This document shows, piece by piece, positions 7,898 through 18,377 of a stretch of DNA of 64,000 nt. Source of the stretch: Candidatus Hecatella orcuttiae (GTDB lineage: Archaea; Thermoproteota; Bathyarchaeia; Hecatellales; Hecatellaceae); contig MTLY02000003.1 in assembly GCA_002011035.2 (NCBI GenBank), positions 256,001 to 320,000 on the forward strand. Reading direction: 5' to 3'. Every line of letters starts with the position of its first letter. Position 1 is the first letter of the stretch. Made by a program: the position numbers and the translations under genes. The notes below the pieces were generated by a model, which did not search any database, had not been told where the DNA came from, and saw nothing but the letters and a program-made list of their open reading frames with translations.

Positions 7898-10456
7898 TTA
7901 ATTAGCTTGATTTAGGGTTATTGCAGGTGTGAAGGTTATATTACTGTTGCCGCCTTCGCTTTTCACTAGAATTCGATGGACTTTACTTGCGTCGATTCCT
8001 TCCAGTTGCGTATGAGTTATTAAAAAGATCTGTCTAAATGACTGATCCTGGATGAGGCTATTCATTACGCTTGGACGGCGCATGTAATCCAAGCTGGCGA
8101 GTGGTTCATCCATAATGAGGCAGTTGATTATCGGTGCTCTCAGTTTTTCTGTTTTGAATGGTCTAACTCTAGCCATCAGTCGGGAGATGGCCATTCGGAG
8201 GGCCAGGCCTAGTGCGACCTTATCGCCGCCACTCAGGTTTCCTCGAAACTTCTGAAAACCATCCATTAGGTCATTTAAAGTTAGGTCTACACCTATAGTT
8301 TCACGTCCACCCCTGACTACATGGGATGTTGAGTATATCTCTTGAACCTGATATCTGCCCGTCGTGAAAGCGAAAAGATAATTGTTGGTAGCATCTTTTA
8401 AAGCGCTGAAGAGGCGTGTCTGAATAATGTACTCTGATATGAAGCCGCCGACGGTTGTCCGAAGGTATCTAACATGTTTAAGTCTTTCTTCTTTCTTTTT
8501 CTTCTCCTTCTCTTTTTGGTTCAGCTGACTGATGGTCTCTTTTAAATATTTTAGCTCTTCCATCTGCTTTTTGACTTCCGCTTTAAGCTCTTTAACTCTC
8601 TCCGCATTATTCTGATAGTCTCTTTCTAATGCAATCCTTAAGTCTCTGAGGCTTTCAAGACTGTCTACTGCAAAGTCCTTTAATATCACCTCAACACTTG
8701 CGTATTTCAAGTCAGCCAGAATATTGTCAAGTTTTGATGTAGCTTCTTTCTTCGCTCTAATTAATTTGTTCCTTTTTCCCAGGTCTCCTTTGATTTCAGT
8801 GGCCGCCTTCTCTATCGCTTTTTGCTCTTTACCTATCTTCTTAGGAATCTCTTTCAAATCTCCCTCAAGTCGTTTTATTTCACTTTCGAGTAGAGCTCTC
8901 ACTGAAATTAGTTCATCAATATTCTGGATCTGATAAGTCTCCAAAAATTTCTCTAAGGATGGAAATCCGATGGATCCAAGTTTGTGTGTGAAGGAATTAT
9001 TTTCTTTTATTAACCTATTACATATCCCTTCGAGTCTCCTAAAGATTGAGAACAGATCGCGTAATGCTTTGCATTCTTTGTTTAGGTCTTTAAGTTTCTT
9101 ATCTGACCGTACTTTCTTTTCCGACATCTCGGCAACCGTTTGTTCAATACCTTTGAGCCGCTTTTCCAGCCTAGAGAGGATGTATTTCCTTTCATCATCT
9201 GAGACCACCGGTCTAAGACATGAGGGGCACTCGCCTTCTTTTTCAAGCCTCTCTGCACTTAATTCTTTAAATTTGACCTCTGCCTTGAGGAGAGCCATGT
9301 TATCTTTAAGCTTCTCTAGTTCTTTCTCAACTTCTTCCAGTTGGGCTTCTCTTTCCTGAAGCTGTTTCTCTACCGTTGGAGTCTCGTCTTTAACCCTGTG
9401 TGGGTGTTCCTCAGGCTTAAAATTTAGTGCTAAGTTCTCGTCTTTTACAAGTTCCTTTATCTGGCTCTGAAGCTCAACAATCTTTTCATGATGCCTATTG
9501 ATCTCCTTTATTTTATCTAGGGTCGGTATGTTCCCTAATTTTTCCGTGGCTCTTCGTAAATCCGCTTCTGCTTTTTCTTTATTTTCTTGTAGAGTTCTTA
9601 GCTCTTTTTCATGCTCGGCTTTTTCATCGGTGGATCGTCTGATCTTCTCCTCTAAATGTCCTAGTTCCTTCTCAGCTTGAGCGACATTATCCAATAGCTC
9701 TTTGATACTAGATATGGTGTCTTTTTCTGGAATTCTTTTAAGCTCAACCTCAATCTCGCGTTGGCTCTTTTCCAGCCGCTTCTTGTGTTCCTCAAGTTCA
9801 GATATCTTCTCTTCAAGTCGTTCCTTATCCCTTTCTTTATCGGGTAGCTTTGCCGTTTCTCGTTCGATCTCATGGATCTCCCTCTCTAAAGCTTTTTCAT
9901 CCTGCAGAAGTATATCGGAGTGTATCTGATCCAATTCGTCGAGGTTGAACAATGTGCTGATAATACTTCGGAGCAGTGTAGGTGGTGCGGTAGCTAGGGA
10001 ATCAACTTCCCCCTGTCGGATGAAGACAGTGTGCAATGCGTTCTCTCTCGATATGCCCATTAATTCTTCAAGCTTAGATTCTACACGTCCGCTACCCTCT
10101 TCCATTACTACGAATTTATCGCCAGAACGTCTGCTCAAAACCGCATCAGCACCTGTCTTTCCCCGCATGTATCTTCTGATAACCTGATATTCCTCACCAC
10201 CCACTTCAAATTCTAATGTTACCTTACATTCAGAGTGTTTCTTTTTCACAAGCTGGTCTTGTTTCTCAACCGGAACCGCAAGTGTTCCCCATAGAGCCCA
10301 TAAAATTGCCTCTATTAGACTGGTCTTGCCGCTCGAGTTTAAGCCTTCAACAACGAAGAGACCTTCAGGAAGACTCTGAGCGAAATCCCCAGAAGGTAGC
10401 TCAATCTTATCGAAAGGCTTAAACCGTTCGGCGATAAGCCTTAAAACCTTCATCAC
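7898..10456 (-). CDS. rad50: Rad50/SbcC-family SMC-like ATPase
   Basis: Walker A GLNSSGKTS, Q-loop FIRQGE, coiled coils around a CPSC zinc hook, signature LSGGD, Walker B IMDEP, H-loop ITH. Confidence 0.92.
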   Translation of the reverse strand: MMKVLRLIAERFKPFDKIELPSGDFAQSLPEGLFVVEGLNSSGKTSLIEAILWALWGTLAVPVEKQDQLVKKKHSECKVTLEFEVGGEEYQVIRRYMRGKTGADAVLSRRSGDKFVVMEEGSGRVESKLEELMGISRENALHTVFIRQGEVDSLATAPPTLLRSIISTLFNLDELDQIHSDILLQDEKALEREIHEIERETAKLPDKERDKERLEEKISELEEHKKRLEKSQREIEVELKRIPEKDTISSIKELLDNVAQAEKELGHLEEKIRRSTDEKAEHEKELRTLQENKEKAEADLRRATEKLGNIPTLDKIKEINRHHEKIVELQSQIKELVKDENLALNFKPEEHPHRVKDETPTVEKQLQEREAQLEEVEKELEKLKDNMALLKAEVKFKELSAERLEKEGECPSCLRPVVSDDERKYILSRLEKRLKGIEQTVAEMSEKKVRSDKKLKDLNKECKALRDLFSIFRRLEGICNRLIKENNSFTHKLGSIGFPSLEKFLETYQIQNIDELISVRALLESEIKRLEGDLKEIPKKIGKEQKAIEKAATEIKGDLGKRNKLIRAKKEATSKLDNILADLKYASVEVILKDFAVDSLESLRDLRIALERDYQNNAERVKELKAEVKKQMEELKYLKETISQLNQKEKEKKKKEERLKHVRYLRTTVGGFISEYIIQTRLFSALKDATNNYLFAFTTGRYQVQEIYSTSHVVRGGRETIGVDLTLNDLMDGFQKFRGNLSGGDKVALGLALRMAISRLMARVRPFKTEKLRAPIINCLIMDEPLASLDYMRRPSVMNSLIQDQSFRQIFLITHTQLEGIDASKVHRILVKSEGGNSNITFTPAITLNQAN

Positions 10457-11708
10457 TTTTCCTCCATTTTTTCATTGCCTCGACGAAGAGTTCAGTCAGC
10501 AGATTTAGGTTGTACTCCTTGGGAATGAGGTTCTTTTTCCTCTTTTCTTCTATGTAGTTTTTGAAGTCCTTCGCGGGATCTTCTATCAGATACTCTATGT
10601 CCACATAACTGATGCTGGGTGGTAAGGTTGAAGCCTTTATGGGTGGTCGGCCAATTTTTAGTTGAATTATATTCAGGTTCCTGTCTGAAAGCCCTTTATT
10701 ATATGCATAGTCGATTGCCTCAGAAATTTGGGTCACATTTCTACCAGATATTTCCCCTTCTAATGCTATCCTTACCCGCGCGGCCGTTTCGTAATCGTAC
10801 GGTTTTCTAAAGCCCAGATTATCCAGTAGGTTAAAGATTCTCTTTACGATATCATGGGAAGAATCGTCAAGCTGAACTTGAACCGTTTCATTTACCATAG
10901 GTCTTGGCAGAGTTAAATGGACTTGTCTAATATCCGGTGCTTTATCCTTGTCTGCTTGAACGATGAGAAAACCTTTCTTATGGTCTTTCTCGTCGAATTT
11001 CCATCTCTCCGTCGAGCCAGAAAACCATGCCTTTTCTGTGACGCGACGCATACAGTGTTCATGTCCAAGGGCAATATAGTCGAATTCCATATTTAGAATA
11101 GTTTGGTCAAGAGTTCCATCAATTGGAGAGCCGTGGGCTATCGCTATATTAATTTTGTCTTTGTCTAGTTTTATGCTCTTGAGCCACTGCTGGTACTCTT
11201 CATACAAACCTATGGTTTCAAGAGTTGATGGTTCAATGTATGGAAACGCATAAACTCTAACTTCATCTTTTATATCAGCATATAATGGTTGCTTTTCACG
11301 GAATGTCTCTCTGAAACTCCAGTAAGTAAAAGCTCGTGTGTTATCGAAGGCGATAGCATACTCGTCCAATGTAGAATGCTTATATTCGACGTAACGACCA
11401 TGATTTCCGTCGATGATTACAATGGGTATGTTTGCTGATTGGAGGTCTCTAAATGCTTTTGCAACAATTTTTCTAGCCATCTCTGGCGGAGGATAGGGAT
11501 TGTATGACCATGGAGAATCGAATAAGTCTCCAGAGTGAATAACGAGGTCAATCTCATCTTTCCGGTCAACAATCTCTTTTACAGTCATTTCCAATGCCTT
11601 GTAGAAGTCGTCCTCAACAGGACGAACTTCTTGCCCTATTGTTCCAGGTCTCACATCATCGGGTCTATGGCCCAGATGGGTATCGGAAACATGAGCTATG
11701 ACTACCAA
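10419..11708 (-). CDS. mre11: Mre11/SbcD metallophosphoesterase nuclease
   Basis: HVSDTHLG, GDLFD, GNHG, AHG, ALGHEH, SGSTE motifs; overlaps rad50. Confidence 0.92.
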   Translation of the reverse strand: MVVIAHVSDTHLGHRPDDVRPGTIGQEVRPVEDDFYKALEMTVKEIVDRKDEIDLVIHSGDLFDSPWSYNPYPPPEMARKIVAKAFRDLQSANIPIVIIDGNHGRYVEYKHSTLDEYAIAFDNTRAFTYWSFRETFREKQPLYADIKDEVRVYAFPYIEPSTLETIGLYEEYQQWLKSIKLDKDKINIAIAHGSPIDGTLDQTILNMEFDYIALGHEHCMRRVTEKAWFSGSTERWKFDEKDHKKGFLIVQADKDKAPDIRQVHLTLPRPMVNETVQVQLDDSSHDIVKRIFNLLDNLGFRKPYDYETAARVRIALEGEISGRNVTQISEAIDYAYNKGLSDRNLNIIQLKIGRPPIKASTLPPSISYVDIEYLIEDPAKDFKNYIEEKRKKNLIPKEYNLNLLTELFVEAMKKWRKSDEGFKAYRRTV

Positions 11709-11729
11709 AATTTATACCTCCCTAATTAG

Positions 11730-13499
11730 TTATAACACGGTTTTTGACCTTACCGGAGTTCCAGCCTTTGTCTGATACAGGGTCCTAGTCTTTTCATAGA
11801 GCGAGTCGAAAAGGGGTGTATAGATGACTAGTGGAGTATCTCGGTAACTTGCTGTTAGAATGATTTCACCTTTACCCAGAACTTTAAATTCGTTTTCAAA
11901 GCCGGTAATATCTTTGCTTGCATTAGAGATTGCTGCCCTTATCTCGTCTGCACTTGTTAAAGACATATTGAACTGTGTATTAATGCAGGATAAGATAATG
12001 TTATCCAGGGCTGTAACCTGCTGACTAATAACCGCCAAACCTAGCCGAAACTTTCGGCCCTGTCGGGCTATATCCTTGTATATGTTTTCAAACCTCATTA
12101 TACGAGGTGTCAGAACCGATGGGGCTTCTTCTACCGTTATCAGAATGGGAGGCAACTCGTCTATTCTCCTCATTTCTTGTTCATCTTTGGAGTAATATTT
12201 CTTGGCTATGGACTGCCCTTTATTTCCGACAAAGTGTTCCCTAAACGTTCGTGGAATTCTTCTCTTCAGAATTTGGGCTTTAAATTCGCTCCAATTTGTT
12301 GACGATTTGACAGCCTTTCTTAATTCAAAAATGGTCCTTGCGATTACTGTTGTGGAGAGGAATTGTTCTAAATCCGAAAGGAGGCTGGTGTTGAATATAA
12401 GAATTCTGCCCTGCTCCAAGGCTTCAATTATCTTTATTAAAGTTGATTGTTCTGGGTTATCTACAAAGATGGCTGAACGTCTCACGAATTCCAGCCGCCT
12501 TTCTACGGCATTTATTGTTACATCAGGATATCGACCGCTAAAGTCTTCACCTATTTGGGTAATCCAATTTTCGTGGAAGTGTGCATACAGAGCGTTCATG
12601 TAACTGACCATTTGGTCGCTGACTTCCATGATTGAGGTGATGTCCAGCGGTAATATTTCTTGGTAGGCAATTCTTACATCTAATGACAACCTTCGAACGG
12701 CCTCAGCTGCCGTTTCACGGTGGGGTGTAAGGTAATAAAAGTCTTTGAAGAGTTCTCTTTTCGCTTCATCAGGCATTGAGTCTACAATAGACTGTATCCC
12801 ATATTTTCTGATTCCCAAAGCAAACTCATCGTGGGGGTCTATGGCCAGCATTGAAGCTCTCTTACTATCACCACTCTGCCAAGACTTGAAGTTAAAGTCT
12901 ACCACCGATTTTAGGAAAACTAGGAGGAAATTTGACTTTCCAGCGCCCGTAGTTCCAAAGATCCCTATATGTGTTGAGATGTGTTCTAACGGCAGATTTA
13001 CTCTGACATTTAACACCTCTTCGCCTGCTAACAGGCTTCCTACAAAGATCTCTCCTTTCAGTTGACTGGATAGGATCTGTTCGATGGGTCTGTCACTTTT
13101 GTTAGGAATAGGCCGATAAATTATGGCAAAGTGTTCTGGAAGACGCCTAGGCATTTTAAAGTCCCATGAATGAGAACCTTCACCGCCAGCTTCAGCATAT
13201 CCGAGTAGTTTCCCTGTAAGGTAAAGAAGTTTCTCTTTCTCAGCGCTGGCTAGATAGGCATCTCCCTCTACCACAAGAGTATCTGCGACCTTGCTTAACT
13301 CCCTTATCCGTCTTAGAATATTTATACAATCCATAGCGCGAAACAGAAAGATTCTCTTTCGACCTCCTCGTGTTGAGGGGATGAGGAACAATTCGCCTAC
13401 GGCAACATCTTCATTTTTGGCTGATAAAGCCAATTCTGTGACTGAGCTCTCTGCTAATCTACCAAATCCTTCTGCCCATTTATCTATATCAAAACTCAT
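11730..13499 (-). CDS. herA: HerA-family DNA translocase ATPase
   Basis: HIGIFGTTGAGKS, IDPHDEF, ITVEEAP, IARQGRKF..ISQQ. Confidence 0.9.
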   Translation of the reverse strand: MSFDIDKWAEGFGRLAESSVTELALSAKNEDVAVGELFLIPSTRGGRKRIFLFRAMDCINILRRIRELSKVADTLVVEGDAYLASAEKEKLLYLTGKLLGYAEAGGEGSHSWDFKMPRRLPEHFAIIYRPIPNKSDRPIEQILSSQLKGEIFVGSLLAGEEVLNVRVNLPLEHISTHIGIFGTTGAGKSNFLLVFLKSVVDFNFKSWQSGDSKRASMLAIDPHDEFALGIRKYGIQSIVDSMPDEAKRELFKDFYYLTPHRETAAEAVRRLSLDVRIAYQEILPLDITSIMEVSDQMVSYMNALYAHFHENWITQIGEDFSGRYPDVTINAVERRLEFVRRSAIFVDNPEQSTLIKIIEALEQGRILIFNTSLLSDLEQFLSTTVIARTIFELRKAVKSSTNWSEFKAQILKRRIPRTFREHFVGNKGQSIAKKYYSKDEQEMRRIDELPPILITVEEAPSVLTPRIMRFENIYKDIARQGRKFRLGLAVISQQVTALDNIILSCINTQFNMSLTSADEIRAAISNASKDITGFENEFKVLGKGEIILTASYRDTPLVIYTPLFDSLYEKTRTLYQTKAGTPVRSKTVL

Positions 13500-13501
13500 T
13501 T

Positions 13502-14770
13502 TTATTCAAGTCCTATTCTTCGTCTAGGATTTAAGAGGGATTCCTCAGAAAAACCCTCTTCTTTACCTATTTCGATAACTCTCTCATAGAATAGATCTCT
13601 GTCCTCTCTAGTTAGGCTGCAGGATAGATGTGCAAAAGCTGGAGGACAAGGATAACCATACCATCTTGCGTCATGGGACATGAAGTCTATCTCTCGGAAA
13701 ATATTGATTTCATTCATTCGCATCTTTTCCGCGTTATTATCATAAATCTTTGACTCCCACCACCTACGGTCAAAGTCCACCCTAAACGCGGGCATTGAGC
13801 TGGTGAAGCTGAAAAGATACGTTACACCTAATTCGGGGGGTATGCGTCGCTTCCGACATATTTTCAACTTTCCACCAGGGTCATCATTTCCGGGAATCCT
13901 ACAAAACCAGTGAGCGTCGGGTCCATACTTCCTTCTCGCAAGTTGGATTATTTTCTCACCACCTGGGATCGTATGAGACTTACTGAGAGCCATAACAATT
14001 ACGCCTTCTTTTCGAGCCCTGAAGCACAAATCCCTCAACATATAATCATGGAGAAGGTGAGGGTAATCATATCTGGCCGGGAAGAGAAGAGTAAGAGTTG
14101 TGTCCAGTATCACGTATTTTAGGTTAAGGTTCGAGTCTAACGCCCTCTTTGCCATCGAAATTTCCGCAGACCACCTAAGCATGTCAAGTATTCTCTCAGG
14201 AAGATGAACTGGTGGACTGATAACGAAGTCGCTTATGTCTGATTTTCCATATTTCCTTAAAATTTTGTCAACCGAATCTAACTTACCCTTTGTATAGTCG
14301 ATGAAGTATGGGACCAACAAGTTATTCAAGTCATTGATCAGATAGACACGTTTCACATAATCAACAAAGTTTTGCCATAGAACATCCTCATCAAAAGACG
14401 ACCAGAAGGCCACGGTTAACCTTCCACCATCAGGAATATACCCTTGGTTCCTTAACTCTTTCAGCTCCATTATTCGACCATCATTTGTTCCCGTATTGTG
14501 AACCGTTAACCCCACAGTTATTAGATACAGGAAGACATCCTCATATTGAACTACTGGAGCCATACCACTTCCATCAACAGCCCCTATCAGAAAATCATTT
14601 TCAAATTTGTACCCTGATGGAAAGGGCTTAAAACTAACTAAAAGCTCTTCAATCCTCTGAAGATCGCTGTCAAATAGATTTGCCTGAGCTATGTCACGAT
14701 TCTTAATTTGGCGATAAGCAGACCGAACTTCATTTTCAAAGTCGGACGCGAAAGCCCGATCTGAAATCAT
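13502..14770 (-). CDS. nurA: NurA-family nuclease
   Basis: GAVDGS, ILDTTL, LSKSH and C-terminal GYPCPPAFAH; directly upstream of herA. Confidence 0.85.
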   Translation of the reverse strand: MISDRAFASDFENEVRSAYRQIKNRDIAQANLFDSDLQRIEELLVSFKPFPSGYKFENDFLIGAVDGSGMAPVVQYEDVFLYLITVGLTVHNTGTNDGRIMELKELRNQGYIPDGGRLTVAFWSSFDEDVLWQNFVDYVKRVYLINDLNNLLVPYFIDYTKGKLDSVDKILRKYGKSDISDFVISPPVHLPERILDMLRWSAEISMAKRALDSNLNLKYVILDTTLTLLFPARYDYPHLLHDYMLRDLCFRARKEGVIVMALSKSHTIPGGEKIIQLARRKYGPDAHWFCRIPGNDDPGGKLKICRKRRIPPELGVTYLFSFTSSMPAFRVDFDRRWWESKIYDNNAEKMRMNEINIFREIDFMSHDARWYGYPCPPAFAHLSCSLTREDRDLFYERVIEIGKEEGFSEESLLNPRRRIGLE

Positions 14771-14840
14771 TAAAGGAACCCTTCTTCTAAGGCTTGACCC
14801 ATAGATATATTAAGTTTTGATGATATTTATAATTAAAGGT

Positions 14841-14865
14841 ACCATAGATTGGTGCTATCTATGGT
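14841..14865. promoter_or_regulatory. Inverted-repeat operator in the divergent nurA/HTH promoter region
   Basis: ACCATAGAT-N7-ATCTATGGT overlapping the HTH start codon; extra half-site CCATAGAT at 14799-14806; TATA-like tracts at ~14805-14835. Confidence 0.6.
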
Positions 14866-15064
14866 TAGCAAATACGAAAAAATAATCTATGAGATGCTTA
14901 GCTCAGAGCCAATAACCCCTAATGAAATTGCCCAAAAACTAAAAATAACGTATAAGACTGCTCAGAGAGCACTATTACATCTAGCGCTTACAAAGGAAGA
15001 TATTGGATACAGAAACTCGGGGCGCATACACATTTTCTGGAAGAAAGACTTAGCAGAAGACTAA
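14861..15064 (+). CDS. Small winged-HTH transcriptional regulator
   Basis: PITPNEIAQKLKITYKTAQRALLHL HTH followed by a wing. Confidence 0.8.
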   Translation: MVSKYEKIIYEMLSSEPITPNEIAQKLKITYKTAQRALLHLALTKEDIGYRNSGRIHIFWKKDLAED

Positions 15065-15088
15065 ATTGAAGGTGAGGTTGAGCCCATC

Positions 15089-18000
15089 TTGGAAATTTTA
15101 GATAGACTTAAGAACAACATTTTTGAAGATGCATTATCATTTGACCTTCGTACCCAGGCAGAGTATTTATCTCTTACTCGAGATGTTGATTATCCTTTCT
15201 CGGCGTTAACCTCAAAGGCAAAACTATTGCCTCATCAAGTTGGAGTTGCCCATAAGGTCTTGAGCAGTATCAGGTCCGGCAGCCTATTGGCGGATGAAGT
15301 AGGGCTTGGAAAAACGATCGAGGCCGGCATGATTCTTAAGGAGTACTTATGTCGAAAGCAGATTAAGAAGATTCTAATACTAACTCCGGCGTCACTCACA
15401 ACTCAGTGGCGTGACGAATTGAAATCGAAATTTGACGAAGGTTTCGTCATATATGATCAAGAAACGAGGAAAAATCTAGAGAGACGGCATGAAAACATTT
15501 GGAAAGCATATGACAAGGTTATTTGCTCAATAGATACAGCTAAACAACAACGTTACCGGAAGGATATAGTAACCGTCAACTGGGATATTATAATAGTTGA
15601 TGAGGCTCATAAATTAAAGAACAGGAAAACCGAGAACTATAAGCTCTTAGAGGACTTACCTAAAAACCGCGTCTTTTTTCTGACCGCAACTCCGCTTCAA
15701 AATAAGCTAGAAGAGTTATATAATCTAATTAGCCTAATAGATGAGAAACTACTTGGAACGTATGACTCTTTCTCGATGAGATTTGTTGACGATACAAAAG
15801 GCTTGGTTCCTAATAATTTTGATGATTTGAAGCAACGTCTCCAAAAAGTAATGATTAGAAACAGGAGAAAAGATGTTTTTGGTGTAAGGTTCACGCAACG
15901 TTTTGGTGAAACAATTCCGTTTGAGTTGACTCCGGAAGAAAGAAGGCTGTACGACGAAGTGACAAAGTATGTCAAACAAGAATACTTGAAGGCTATGGAG
16001 CAGAACAAAGCTGGAAGAGGGTTTCTGCTCATTATCATGCAAAGAATGGTCTGTAGTAGTAGCTTCGCCATAAGAGATTCGTTAGGGCGTCGAATTCAAC
16101 GTCTGGTAAAGATCTCTAAAGAGTATGACATAGTGCCTAAGCAACCTTCTCTGACGAGCATCAGCCACCCATATTTTGAGGCTTTAGGCGTAAATCATAC
16201 TGCCACTAAAGATGAGATAAAAGCTGCTTATCGAACTTTGGCAAAGGAATACCATCCAGATATTTCGCCGCTACCTAAAGATGTTGCAGAGGAAAAGTTT
16301 AAGGAAATATCAGAGGCCTATGAGACGCTGACCGACGACAACAAAAGGAAGCGACTTATTGAGGAGCATGAGGATGCCGATATAAGTGATATCGCAAAAA
16401 ATTTCACTCTGCTTCAGATGGAGCTAGAAAAACTTAATCAACTTTATGAATTAGCAAGCAAAATCACCAAGAACAGCAAAGGCGAAAAACTTATTGAGGC
16501 CCTCGAAGCGTTGAAGCGAGAAGAGCCAAACGAGAAAGTTCTTATATATACCGAATTCAGGTCAACACAAAGGTACCTTTATGAGCTTTTGACCTCAAAA
16601 GGCTATGAAGTCGCAATATTCAACGGCTCAATGAGTGTAGAAGAAAAGGATGAAGCAGTTAAGCAATGGCGTGAGAACAAACAGATAATGGTCTCAACTG
16701 AATGTGGAGGAGAAGGAAGGAACTTTCAGTTCTGCCACATAATGTTTAACTACGACCTTCCTTGGAATCCTATGAGAGTGGAACAGAGGATAGGTAGAAT
16801 TCATCGGATAGGACAGGAGAAGAATGTGAAAATATTCAACTTCTCAACTAAAGAAACCATCGAAGAGTATGTGTTAGAATTACTCGAGACAAAGATTCAA
16901 CTGTTCAAGGAAGTTATCGGTGAGCTTGATCTAATACTAGGCGATATAGTCGAGGATGCCAATCTTGAGAGGGTGATAATGGAAATCTTAGTTAAGGCTA
17001 AGACTTCCCAAGAGTTGAAGGAGAACTTCGAAGAGCTTGGCAGAAAGATACAGATAGCAAGAGAAGAGTTTAAGAAGGGTCTTAAAGACCTCGATGAAAG
17101 GGTTTATGCCGGGTTTGACCTCTCAGTTTATCGCCGAGTGATGGGAACTGAGCTTGAAAATCTAGTAATGAAAGAGAGAATAGTCATAAAACGTTTTTTC
17201 CTAAACTATTTAAAGAGTAAAAATTTAGACTTTAGATATCTAGAGCCGGAAGAAGCAGTTATATTCCAGATACCAGAGGAGTTTAAAAATATTATAAGTG
17301 ATTTTGCGCAGAAGCAACGTCAATTTTACCTTAGAGAGCGAGATAGATTTTATGAATTGCTGGAAAAACCGCTTGAAATAGCTAAAGATATTCATGGGTT
17401 TATAGAGGATTGCGTGTGTAAGCTATGTAGTGGTCATACGATAAAATCCTGTTTCAATTGTTCAATTCATACGTATTTAGAGAATGTTGCCTTCCATGCG
17501 AATGCAGGATTTACTTCTATTCTGAAAAATGACCTTGACTATGTAACTTCTAATCGCTTTCGAGAGGATGTAGAAGGAAGAATTCTCAGAGGCAAGATCA
17601 AGGCTAGAGCTACATTTTCACCTGAAGTTGCACAGCAAGAAAACATTGAGTTGATCACTATTGGAAACAGGTTAGTCGAAAATGCGATTGAGGAATGCAA
17701 AAAGAAAGGACTGACCACCAAAAAACTGATAGACCTAAGCAAACATACGCTTAGAGGGTTTGAAAAATACAGTGGATTAAGAGGAATATTATTTAATTTT
17801 AAGGTTTCTTTCGAATCCTTCGATAAGAAAGAAGAGTTAATTCCAATTGTGATCGATTTAGACCATATGAAATATGAAGAAGAACTCTCAGGTGAGGTTA
17901 ATTGGCTTTATAGCACCGAGCTTTTAGACCAAATTGCCATTAAATCAGATGAAGTCGACGAGGCCTATCAATTGGCGGTAAACGAGTTAAACACTAAGGT

Positions 18001-18364
18001 AAAAACTGAACTCGAAAAGATAAGAGGGAAGAATAAGATGTATTTCGAGGATGAGCTAAACAAGATTGAAACATACTACGACGATATTAGACACACCATG
18101 ATTTTGAAGGAACGTGAATTGGAGGATAAATACGTAGACCTGATAGGCAGAATAAGGAACAGCCGTGAATTTGAAGCCAGAGAAAAATACAGAGAAGAAC
18201 AGAGGAAAATTGAGATTCAACTAACGAAGTTGAGAAACGAAAATAACAGATTCTGGGAGGAGATGGTTAATAAAAGAGCTAAAGAGCTGAAAAAGCTTGA
18301 AGAACAAAATACAATAAAAACTAAGATAGAATTAATTAATTCAGCCCTCATTAAAATCAGTTGA
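15089..18364 (+). CDS. SNF2-family helicase (RapA/YqhH/DrmD-like) with an inserted DnaJ J-domain
   Basis: [54 protein letters not shown]; J-domain [36 protein letters not shown] at ~16172-16351. Confidence 0.92.
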   Translation: MEILDRLKNNIFEDALSFDLRTQAEYLSLTRDVDYPFSALTSKAKLLPHQVGVAHKVLSSIRSGSLLADEVGLGKTIEAGMILKEYLCRKQIKKILILTPASLTTQWRDELKSKFDEGFVIYDQETRKNLERRHENIWKAYDKVICSIDTAKQQRYRKDIVTVNWDIIIVDEAHKLKNRKTENYKLLEDLPKNRVFFLTATPLQNKLEELYNLISLIDEKLLGTYDSFSMRFVDDTKGLVPNNFDDLKQRLQKVMIRNRRKDVFGVRFTQRFGETIPFELTPEERRLYDEVTKYVKQEYLKAMEQNKAGRGFLLIIMQRMVCSSSFAIRDSLGRRIQRLVKISKEYDIVPKQPSLTSISHPYFEALGVNHTATKDEIKAAYRTLAKEYHPDISPLPKDVAEEKFKEISEAYETLTDDNKRKRLIEEHEDADISDIAKNFTLLQMELEKLNQLYELASKITKNSKGEKLIEALEALKREEPNEKVLIYTEFRSTQRYLYELLTSKGYEVAIFNGSMSVEEKDEAVKQWRENKQIMVSTECGGEGRNFQFCHIMFNYDLPWNPMRVEQRIGRIHRIGQEKNVKIFNFSTKETIEEYVLELLETKIQLFKEVIGELDLILGDIVEDANLERVIMEILVKAKTSQELKENFEELGRKIQIAREEFKKGLKDLDERVYAGFDLSVYRRVMGTELENLVMKERIVIKRFFLNYLKSKNLDFRYLEPEEAVIFQIPEEFKNIISDFAQKQRQFYLRERDRFYELLEKPLEIAKDIHGFIEDCVCKLCSGHTIKSCFNCSIHTYLENVAFHANAGFTSILKNDLDYVTSNRFREDVEGRILRGKIKARATFSPEVAQQENIELITIGNRLVENAIEECKKKGLTTKKLIDLSKHTLRGFEKYSGLRGILFNFKVSFESFDKKEELIPIVIDLDHMKYEEELSGEVNWLYSTELLDQIAIKSDEVDEAYQLAVNELNTKVKTELEKIRGKNKMYFEDELNKIETYYDDIRHTMILKERELEDKYVDLIGRIRNSREFEAREKYREEQRKIEIQLTKLRNENNRFWEEMVNKRAKELKKLEEQNTIKTKIELINSALIKIS

Positions 18365-18377
18365 GGGTCCCCGACTG

